NCBI GenBank assembly: GCA_973895155.1 | Contig: OZ316897.1 | Coordinates: forward strand, 11,927,832 to 11,991,831 | Direction: 5' to 3' | DNA length: 64,000 bases | From: Marsupella aquatica | Taxonomy: Eukaryota > Plantae > Marchantiophyta | Part shown: positions 51,119-62,006 of the stretch, in pieces | Numbering within the stretch: the first letter of the stretch is position 1 | How the letters are laid out: each line of letters opens with the position of its first letter | Notes under the pieces: model-generated | The model's input: only the letters and a program-made list of their open reading frames with translations | Told to the model about the DNA's origin: nothing | The model's database searches: none | Position numbers and translations under genes: made by a program

Positions 51119-52359
51119 AACATGCTATATATGTAAGTACCAGGCTGTGTCTTAGAAAGAACATGCTATATATGTAGGTACCAGGCTCTACTAGGCTTTT
51201 GCTCTACCAGACTTTTCAGTTTACCTCCAAGTAGGGTTGTTTGTTTGTTGTTTGCTTCTTAGTTTTTTGGTTTTTCTAGGTTATTCCTTGACTTGTTGGG
51301 CCTTCCCCCCTTTATTGGTTTCTTTGGCATTTGGTACCATGTCTCCCCATTTGGTCGTTCCTGTCTTTTTGGTATATATATATATGAGGGATCCTACTTG
51401 TTTTTTTCGTCTTTTGTCCCAATACAAAAAACTCATGGACGGGAAAGATCAACAGCCATTGGATTTGATTAGTTGTTTCCCCTGATCATTGATGAAAAAA
51501 ATGTGCACCCCTAACATATATGTGCTTTCAGCTGCCCCATAAATGCCTAGGCCCTACTCCCTATGGGTGGACCCTCCTTGTTGCACGGGCATAGGGCTAA
51601 CTTTACTAACTTGTACTAACTTTACAGTAAAGTTGTCCCTCGTCCTACTGTAAATCAGTACTAACTTTACAGTAAAGTTGTCCCTTTACAGTAAGAGCCC
51701 TCCCATGTTACTGGACCCGGCCCGATAAGAATGCCCCACCGCTCGCTTTCCTTCGTTTCCTTCGTTCGTTCCTGATCGATTCGATATCGTCGTTTGTTGC
51801 TCTGCTTCTCTTCTCTCCTGTGTTCCTTGCGTTCATTCTCTCGCCTCCGCGTTCATTCTCCTCCCGTCTGTAGTTTGCGTATGATTGTGCGATGCTTCGG
51901 CGGATTCGGGACCTGTCACTCGATTTGGGTCTGGGCTCTCTGCGCATGCCTCCGCGTTTATGCTCATATCCTGTTCCCTCGGACGTCATGCTCGCGCAGG
52001 TGTTTGGATGAGAGCCCTTTCGGTCCTCGTTTTTCTCTCTGCTTGTGTCCTACGCCTCCTTGAGCGAACACCTGCGGAGTGATTCGTGCGTGCGTGCATT
52101 TCAGGCTTCTCTAGTAGTTGTTTTGGTGCATGCTGCGTGTGTGTTCTCGGTGGTGCATTTGTAGTGCTGCCGGTCCGATTTTGCTTTGTTCGCGTCGCCG
52201 GGTGTGTCGGTACAGTGCGGAGACGGGGAGCTCCGGTTCATTGTGCTCGGGGGAGGGGAGGGGGTAACCCGTGCGTTCTGCTGTTGGCGCTAGGTGTTTG
52301 GAGCCCTGCGGCAGCCCGAGGCTTCTTCGTCGAGGGAATCGGGCTGAGGAGCGGCGGTG

Positions 52360-55300
52360 ATGATTTATACTGCTCTCGATACTTTCTACCTCACAGATGA
52401 GCAGATTTCAAATTCGCCTTCACGGAAGGATGGTGTCGACGAAGAGACGGAGACGATTCTACGCCATTATGGCTGCGAGTTGATACAGGAGGCTGGCATT
52501 CTCCTGAAATTGTATCCTCTGAAATTTGGTATTTACTAGGCAGCACTTGTCGTTGTGCATTCTTGCTGAGATTTGATCTTCTCTCTTGTTTCTCAGGAGA
52601 TGCGAGCGATAATTTAGGGTTAGTGTAGTTTTCCGATTCTCTCGTGTTGTACAGACCGAAATTTAGGTGTCTCTTAGAACTATTAGGGCTACTTTCTTAT
52701 TTCTTAGGGCATGGATTATCCTTGACCTTCCTGGTTTGAAGGCCGCAAGCGGTGATGGCCACTGGACAAGTTTTGTTCCATCGGTTCTACTGCAAAAAAT
52801 CTTTTGCTCGATTTAATGTCAAGGTTCGTATGTGTTGTTCGTATGACTTGTTTCTTTTCCTGCTGATTCCTGAATGAAATGGTCGTTCTAGGTATTTCGA
52901 GGCATGGAACGATCATTGCCGTAGAATTGTTTTCTTGCCCTTCAGCATTCATGGAATTGAAATCGGTTGGTATTTGTGCTTTAAGCCCGATGCTGATGGT
53001 GTGCAATATTTGATGTTGCAGAGGGCGGCAGCGAGTTGTGTCTGGTTGGCAGCGAAGCTCGAGGAAAGTCAACGCAAAATTGTTGCTGTTCTCAATGTTT
53101 TTCACAGACTGGACCGCAGGCGCGAGGGTGCACCTCTCGATTTTTTGGATCCGAAGGTATGCACAATATCCCTCTACTTCTAGTCAGTATCGGTGTAGTG
53201 CGTCGGTAACAAGATGTCGTTTAGTGACTTAACATCTTATTGGAATTCCACGAGTGGCAGTTCGCTTTTGGCGTTAGGTAGTGGAAGGCTCCAGGTGAAA
53301 GAGATCCTATCTCTGCTTCTTTCCACTGCTGTTTGGTACTTAGTCTTACACTGGAGGTGAAAAATATAATTGGAACAGCTGTAACCTGGTTATGCTTACG
53401 TATCAAGACATGAGTTAAAGCATAATTTTATGCTACCATTTTATAGTTCTAATTTTTATGTCAAGGTATGATTTAGTTCATAATTCCATGCCACAACACG
53501 ATTTGCTTTACAGTTCCTCCACTCCAGAGCATGAGTTTGTTGATGCTACAGCTTGCTGTAACTTGTCATTGCAAGTCACAACAACAGTTAACTTATAATA
53601 GTTTTCCTCGACAAGGGTTCATGCTCCTGCTTCCATACACTACATAGGCTACTTTTTAGCCTGCTGCACAAAGTCCTTCTCGAGACTACCCAGGTGGAGT
53701 TAAGAACATACAATGCTGTACTCGAATGTTTATGAAGTCTGAAGTTTGAAGACATCATGTATCATGTACCATTTTTGCAGTATGGAGAAGATCAAGAAAT
53801 GAAGACTGTGACTTTCATTTTTGCAGAAGTACGAAGAGATGAAGACTGAGTTGATCACAACTGAACGGCATCTCCTAAAGGAGATGGGATTCATTTGTCA
53901 TGTGGAGCATCCCCACAAATTTGTCATCAATTATATTCTGCAGCTAAACGCTGACCAGCTCATGCAGGACGCCTGGAGCATGGCGAATGACAGGTACCCT
54001 GTGGAATGCAACGTATAAGTGCTCACGCTTTGGTTTGTTACAATTTCTTTTGTCACCGTGACACAATTTATTTTGGGGTGGTCGTCTAAGTTGATGTAGA
54101 ATTTTGGTGAAACATTTGCATAACGCATTGAGGTTAAGACAAGGAACGAAGGATCGATTGTGTGATACCAAGAGGTTTCGTGGCAGGGTGTGGACCTGAT
54201 CTGATTCTTGTATCCAAATACTTCTTGGTCCTTGTTATGCAATTTACCCAGTGGATATGTATGGTGCTTGGTTTTACAGTTTGCGCACAACTCTTTGTGT
54301 TCGATACCGAAGTGAGGTAGTCGCCTGTGGTGTTGTCTATGCTGCTGCACGAAGGCACCTGGTTGCGTTACCCGAGAATCCGCCTTGGTGGGAAGCATTT
54401 GACGCAAAAAAGCCAGATATTGATGAGGTCTGCAGAGTTCTTGCAAATTTGTATCAGCAACCGAAAGCGAGATACGTTGAAGTAGGAAGAGATGTCAAAT
54501 CTTTTGTGTTGACCAGCCGAGCGTGGGACCCTCCGCGCGATGTAAAGGTAGGTGCTTTCTCTTTACGGCAATCGATTGACATTGACCTTTACGATTTGCA
54601 TTCGTTGATGAGACGGCTCCTTCATTGAATATTACTTGCAGGGCACTAACTGGGAAGTTTGTGTGAGCAGGAAAGTTTGTTGAGAGCAGCAGCCAATGGG
54701 GCAGGTCATACTTCCAATTTGCCAACAAGCTCAAGTGTGGATAGAGGGTTGCCCAGTGATGCTGCTACTGCTGCAGCAAAAGGAGTTGCTGATAGGAATA
54801 GGATCTCTGGCATTAAGGAGGCTAGTAAAAGTATGGATGAGGCTCAAGTGCCGTCAACAAACGGTGATGCGAAGGATCATGCATCAGCTGCCAAGTCGAA
54901 GCACGTAAATGATCGAGAAGACACAACTGGAGAGAAGAATAGAGACAAAGATAGTGATAGGGCAGTGGATCGAGAACGAGAAAGGGAACGAGATTGGGAC
55001 CGTGGAAGGGGGGAGAGAGAACGGGAAAGAATACGAGAAAGGGACCGTGAGAGGGAGCGTGAAAAAGAGAGGGAACGGATTAAGGAAAGAGATTATCGAA
55101 GCAAAGACAGGAGTAGAGATTCAGGTGAGTTGCCGATCTTTAGATTAGTGCGCCTGTTCTAATATTTTCCTGCTTTGAAACTTGTGGTCGTTCAGTTCTT
55201 CCTTGAGTCGACTGCTGTCTGGTGGTTGTAGGGTGAAAATTTGAAGCAAATCTTATGAACATTCTGTGTTTCTGGTGGCTTGTTAGTATATTGATGATTT

Positions 55301-55564
55301 GACGGAACATTGTCTTGCAGGCCATTCAGACAAATCTCGACATCTTTCATCCTCCCGAGGTTAGTGCATTTGATTATCATTTGGTAGGATTTAATTCAGA
55401 TCAGCACAAACGATGAAGTTGCCGTATTCAATATCTTCAATCGATCGTTATGGCCCATTTCCTGAAAGCTCCCCCTTCTGTGTGCAGACAGAGATTTTCA
55501 GAGTTCTCACTCAGCTACGCGAGACAAGGACCGTCATCGGCATCGGCATCACCCTTACGCGTGA
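52360..55564 (+). CDS. CYCL1: Cyclin L1 (MOS12-like) with C-terminal RE/RD/RS region, 8 exons
   Basis: Exons 52360-52511, 52742-52823, 53022-53156, 53827-53993, 54280-54547, 54671-55124, 55321-55359 and 55488-55564. Motifs MIYTALDTFYLTDEQ, SPSRKDG, LPQAVMATGQVLFHRFY, LAAKLEE, GFICHVEHPHK, NDSLRTTLCVR and PPWW. Confidence 0.93.
52512..52741 (+). other. U12-type (minor spliceosome) GT-AG intron
   Basis: 5' site GTATCCTCT. Branch TCCTTGAC at 52719-52726, with the A 16 nt before the 3' end. No strong polypyrimidine tract. Splicing restores LKL/PQAV. Confidence 0.8.
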
Positions 55565-58500
55565 TGGAGGAACACAACATAGATTTGCAAATGTTGTATT
55601 GCATCCGTAGCAATTTAACAAGGATCTGGCCACTGAGCAGATCCATGCATTCAACTCTAGCTGCATGTTGCTTAGTGGCTGGCTTGCCGATATAGATTCG
55701 GCTTGTGCATATCACTTACTTCCTCTGAGAATTGCTTGTAGGCTTAAGTAATTTCTACCAAGCTGCGAGATGAAGGTGCAACGGTGTTGGAGAGGATTTC
55801 GTGGCCACAAGCAAAAAGTGGAGGGAGCCTTTCATCAACTTCCACGGTCGGTCTCTGGACTCACGTGCCGTGTCACTGGAAGAGTAGCTGTGGTTTGGTG
55901 ATTAGTCTCTGCATGATTGTTGATTATTGGATCCTGCCAAGCAGCAACATGTTAATCTGACTTGTCTCTCAGCAAGGTGGTTAGACTTCAGTCGATGCCA
56001 TGTGCATTTTTCACTCATTTGTCAGGTCGGGGTTCCAGACCTGTCTGATTTATACTATCGGTGTTTTACACAACCAAATGCGTTGGGGGTCTAATAAGAG
56101 ATTGTCACATGGCTTCTAGTAACAAAAATAGTACTGGGGAACTAGTTTGCAGACCAAAAATATGTTCTGTGTACTTCGGCTATATTCTGTGCTTTCAATC
56201 TGAGATGGGTCTTTGTCCACAGCCATGGATTTTTCTGAAGTGGGGTAATATTTCTTCTGAATGTTCGCTCCCGCCTGGTTGCATCATATCTCTTGTGGAT
56301 TCCCCTTCTCATTTGAAGGCTGTTGAATAATTTGGTGTGTGCATCTTACTAATCGCAAATGTGCATGCATGTGCACATTACTGTAGCAGCCCCTTGTTAC
56401 AACGAAGCACTTTGCTCAGGGCGTGCATCCTCATTCTCTAAGTTGGTGGTAAGTGCGGGATGGCAGTTTGTGCTGCTATACCATCACTGCAGCAGGTACT
56501 CCTAACAGACCCCAGGTTCATGAGCTGTGGAAACGAATCTGCAAATCTGTGGGTTACTTAATTTTTAAATAGGAGATAGCTGCAAAGATGTTTTGTGTAA
56601 TTTCTCTTGATTGCATACATGTCCGCCTAGTCGCTGGCCCACTGAAAAGGAGGTCCCCTTCGCTCCAGTCTCGAAGCATTGTCTCCCAATAGCTGTCCTC
56701 TTCAATTCAATATTTGAACTCCTTAAGTGACCTGATGCTGGCCTAGATGCACATTAATGGAACCTAATTCCCTACGTGGTGTGCGGTCTGAGAATGAGCA
56801 ATTGTAAGAGCACGAGCTGGTTGGTGGGGACTATTTATGAGCAGTTGTTTCTAGTTGTGGATGGCTGGAAAAGAGGGGCAAATGTCTCTGGAGTTTTTGG
56901 TGTGCATCGGCAACTGGATCATCTGCATCGGGATTTTAACAGGCAGGTTTCTTGATGCCATAGATATCACCATTTTTCGCAGTTAGATCAGGAATTCTAC
57001 AGTGGTTTTATTCATAGCTCAATGACAAAAGTAACTCGAACTGTCAGTTGGATGACAATCTCCATTGCAGACAGCGTATTTTGAGCCATCTATGTAATGA
57101 AGACAAATTTTCAACGACTTTTGTCTCGTCTTTTGTCTGTAAAGTGATTCATGGAGAAGTATACCCTCGTGTTTCGTCCAAGTTTTCCCACCATATGCGT
57201 TGTGGACCTTTTCAAGCTGTCGCCATGTGACCCAAGGGTATTGATTGTTCAACTCTTCAGAGCAGTTTTGGAGTCGTGCAAGAATGCCGTCTTTTGAGTG
57301 AAAAGTAATGATCATGTGCAGGAATCCTTTGTGGTGGGAGTTCGAAGATTGTTAGTTTGGGCTACCTCATAGATGAAGTAAGCAACTTGGGGATCTAGCC
57401 TACGGCATGGTTCCATGTGTGTTGGCTCATTTTGATCGTACTTTTGGGCTAGAATTTTGAGACTGAGGGGCTTGCTGGTGAGTGGAGTAGTTTTGGAGTG
57501 TGAAAGTCTCTTGAAATGTCCTTCCAACTCAAGAGTTTGTAGAAATGGTGCCGTCTTTTTTTTAAAAGTTTGTTGAGATAGTTTCGTTGCAGGCGGTGTC
57601 TGAGATATTTGCATTAGCTGGCAAATCCTTCATTGTGATGCCTGTAAATTGGTGATGGCAGCAATCTTTACTTGTTTTTGTTTTGTTCTTTGCATGGTTG
57701 TATGGCTAATCTTGACGCTCTGGTAGAAGTATCCACATTTTCCTTGCCACAGGCTACGTTGAAGGTAGACAGCCTTATTCCCGATGAATTTAGTAACTCG
57801 CAAATGACGTTTCAGTCAACATCTTAGTTGCAATTGTTTTCAGACAGCAAATCGATGGATTGAACTGGCCATTCACTTTTACATTGTGTAAGCAGACTCT
57901 AAGCGGTTCGTAACATCAGGTGAGTCCTACATTCAGCTCCGCGCATACTGTGTCAGCTGATCAGTCTGGTTTACCCTATGCCTAGTTGTGTACATTCCTC
58001 TGGATTTGAATTGAGGGTTGTGGGCACTGTGTTTATTGTTGTGATCTTTGCTAGGGTAGATCTTTGCTGGAGATGGATTATATTAGATAATTTACTGTAC
58101 TTGAAAGTTGGCAAAATTCAATATGCAGAATTTTGCAAAGTGCTTTGGATGGGGATAGGTACAGTACATGGTGTTTGCTCTGACCCAAAACAAGAGCTCC
58201 GTTGGGTCGCAGATATCTGGAAAGATAGAATTGTAACTGCACATGAACAGGAGCACATCATTGTAAGTAATCACGCAGAGAACATTGCTCTGAGAAAGTA
58301 CCTTCGGGGAAGAAAGCTTTAAAGCTCTAACTGTGCGGGCTTAAATGTTTTTAGCAATCAAGGAAATAAATATTGAATCTGTTGATGACATTGCAATATA
58401 CCTGGTCTAAGAGACTTTACGGAAAACCTAAGAGGATCCGCGTTCTCAAGTTTTAGGTGAATTCGGCTGGCATTGTCGTAACACCCGCAAATTTCAAAAC

Positions 58501-61047
58501 GTGAAGGCTTCAGTAGTGTAGAGACTTTTCAGGATAAGTTTTGATTTGACAATGCCGATCATGTGTTTGCAATTGTGGGCATGTTTAGCCTATGGAGGGA
58601 CACATTAATAGCTTGCTAAGTTTTTGGTCATTGCACACTGTACGTGTTTCCGTTGCACTTTTAAAGAGAGACCCGTTTTGTGGCTGTCAAACTTAACCAG
58701 GTAAGTGTTTCGAAACAGTGACTACCCATTGTCTGAGATAATTGTCTGGACAGTCCCTCCAAGCACAATGTATGTGTTCCAGGTTGTAAGGAACGTACGT
58801 TGGTATATGCCAAACACTGGACAAATAACATGTTCTGGCCGCATTCGGTCCGCATTTGGTCGCCAGGCTGACATAATGTACCCAAGTTGTAAAAAGTTCA
58901 ATATGTCTGAGATTTTGCGACGACCATATACTTGAAACTGACCGGGCTGTTGGAGTGAGATTCATGTCCTTGGAGGAGCTACCGATTCCAGCATTTCAGT
59001 TCTTGTATTTTGCTCCTTTTCGGCAAGTAACAAACTTTGAAGCTGATTCCCTCGTCTACGTTTTGCGTCTCCTGTGACCTCGACTGTTGCATAGGTTTAG
59101 CGTGTATTCAGGTCTCAACTCTAAAGATATTTGGAAAGGGTAGGTTACGACATTCTGTTGGATTTCGTCTTGGGCCACACCAATGTAGTTTCCATCCTGA
59201 AATTAGACCTCGACCTCTTTGCCCTTATTATTAAACTGTTAACTTAGAAGCTCGTTCTGTTGCAGTTGGACAAAATAGCCGCAAATTCATAACGGTTTGT
59301 ATTTCTGAAATTGGTGGCAAACAATGTGCATGAGAATTTTATAGATTGTCGCAAAGCAATAGAAAGTCTGCACTGTGTTAAGTAAATATCCCAAGAAGTG
59401 TATATATTTATCACGCAGATTTTGCCAGCATTAAAACTGTGCAGTCACTGGGAAGAGTTTTGGAACAAAACAATTTCGTTGAAGGCAAGAGTTCTCTGGT
59501 TCTACGACTATGGGGCGAAGGCTTTCTGTACCTGATTAGGAGTATGATGAACGAGATTAGTACTAGTCCAGAACAGGCTGTTAGAGTGTGCCCTTCCTAC
59601 TGTAGATGAATTTGACTTATACTTAAAAATCTTTCAGAAAACCTTGCAGTTTTTTGTGATTTCAGAGCACGCTGGCATCTGGTGCTCGAAAATGTGATTA
59701 CTACCAGGAGAAACGGACGGTATCTGGGGTTTGGTTCTACACTTTTTGACTTATTCTTATCTCAGACATTTCCGTTACGCCGAAATGGTACATGGGATTT
59801 TTGCTGAATCATGGTGGTGCGTCTTGTTATTTTCCACCATGTCCTGTTTACGCGTTTCATGCTCATATGTGATTGATCATGGTCTTCTCTTATCATGGCC
59901 TTCTCTCACTGTTGTCACAATTCCCTCACTTTCCATTTCACACCTAAAGCCACCTGAATGTTCCCCGCACAAATTTCAACTGGTCTTCTCTAGGATCGCG
60001 TGTAGATCATTTCCAATCGTCGCTTCCAATCATGGTGGTGCGTCTTGTATATCCAATACTGTAGGCCAATATATTTTACTCGGTGTTGTAATTTTTTTGC
60101 AATAATCTAATCTATATTCAATAGACATCAACATTATCTGAATTGACTTGGTGGTGAAGGTGCGGCCAGCAGTGAGCTAGCATTGATGTGATTGTGATAT
60201 ATCACAAAATTCATTGTGTCATTTTGATTTTCATTTAATGTGAATTTTGATATTTGTTTGATGTCATCCTTCTCATACCCATCAATTATGTTCACTTACA
60301 ATATTGAATATACAATCACATTGGAATTAAACATATATACATTAACAAACGGCAATATCCAAAGCACTTGTTAATTTGGTATATATATATATATATTTAT
60401 TTATTTATTTATTACATTTACAAATATAGCTATCAAATGGATGTAAAACTCAGTTTCATGATGATTATAGTGAACTATCCAAATGCCTCTGTTGAACAAC
60501 ATGAAATTTTGTATTATATGATATTAGATATAGTTCAAATTCTTTGTGTAAATGTGCTTGGATCAAGTTTAGCATGAACCAAAATCTGTCAATAATCCGA
60601 GCTATAGTGGGCCTGTGCTTCCAATAGACAAGCAGCTTGGACCCTGCGCTCATACAGCCTGGATGTAATGGTCAAACATTTGGCATAACCTTCACTTGTT
60701 GGAGGGGCCAGTGTAATTGAAACTAATTTTTGTTTTAAATTCTTGAACGTTTGAAACTCCATCCGCCATTTTGGGTCATTTAGATGTCTATTGAATGTAA
60801 CTTGGATTAGTATTCACTCCCTTCATAGTGTCGGATGACCAGGTTTCTTAGATCTGTCACTTCTTGTATGTGAAACATAGAAGAAGGATCTAGTGTATGG
60901 AAGTTCAAATTGAAAAATGTCATGTATATATATGATTGGCTTAAAGCCACTTATTTTAAAGCTGACATTAAGTGCAGCTAAAACTAAACAAAGCTCTGAT
61001 TGGCCAAAAATACAGTAGCAAAGTGGGGGAGTCCATCCCTCATCTTC

Positions 61048-61331
61048 CATCCCTCATCTTCCATCTCCTCATTTTTATCTCCTTGTTTATCATCACAACC
61101 GAGTGTGTCCTTACTCTCCTACCAGAAGTGACTTACACATCTTTCATCCCTCATCTTCCATCTCCTCATTTTTATCTCCTTGTTTATCATCACAACCGAG
61201 TGTGTCCTTACTCTCCTACCAGAAGTGACTTACACATCTTTCATCCCTCATCTTCCATCTCCTCATTTTTATCTCCTTGTTTATCATCACAACCGAGTGT
61301 TTCCTTACTCTCCTACCAGAAGTGACTTACA
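61048..61331. repeat. 97-bp near-perfect tandem repeat, about 3 copies
   Basis: CATCCCTCATCTTCCATCTCCTC...AGAAGTGACTTACA at 61048, 61145 and 61242. Confidence 0.92.
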
Positions 61332-61483
61332 AGTGATGGAAAGGGGTTTTAATTTTTTCGTTGTAATTATTTGCCAAGAGTCAAGGGTCCAGATTTGACC
61401 ATACAGAAATCTAGCAGTCATAATGTGACCATACAAACCTTTTGCTAAGCAAAGGTTTCTCAATGCACCATAGGTATCACCTG

Positions 61484-61700
61484 CCCAAAATACGAAAAGA
61501 AACCCCCATTCCTTCCCGGCCCTCATTTCTGTCCGTCAATGGCTCACTCCCATATTGGCCCTCTTCCGCTTGGCGCCACGTGCTTTTCCACCCTTGTTTC
61601 CATCCGTTAAGGGCAGTGGGGTTTTGTTAATGGCTCTCGGCTCACCAGAGCTTGCCACGTATGTCACTTTATACTTCATTATTTGGGACCGTATTTTGGG
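61484..61700. mobile_element. Possible degenerate MITE
   Basis: 11-bp inverted repeat CCCAAAATACG (61484) / CGTATTTTGGG (61690) enclosing GCCACGT and CCGTYAA motifs. No target-site duplication identified. Confidence 0.3.
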
Positions 61701-62006
61701 TGTATTTGTATGCATGCTCGTTTATTGGTACAGCTTGCAGTTTTTTCAAAAACTGAAAATCTTTCATAGGGAGAAATCCCGCGGAGGAGATAAAAATTTA
61801 TTCATACGTAAAAACGATTTACAATTGAATGACTCAAATCAAGTCTAAATCATATGAATGTTTTGGACACCAATGAATGTCCGCTAGCTGTGTGTAATAG
61901 TAAGAATATCTGCTAGCTGTAATAGTAAGATTGTCCACTAACCGTTCTCATCTATAATCTATAGTATCTATAGTCTATATCTACAATCTATATCTACTAG
62001 ATTGGC

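Noticed and set aside
53994-54279. Second U12 intron in CYCL1
   Set aside because: Donor GTACCCTGT only partly matches and there is no TCCTTRAC branch near the AG; treated as U2.
57700-58330. Splice-like sites and a 114-aa ORF downstream of CYCL1
   Set aside because: Could be non-coding exons, but no coherent ORF or homology; needs RNA data.
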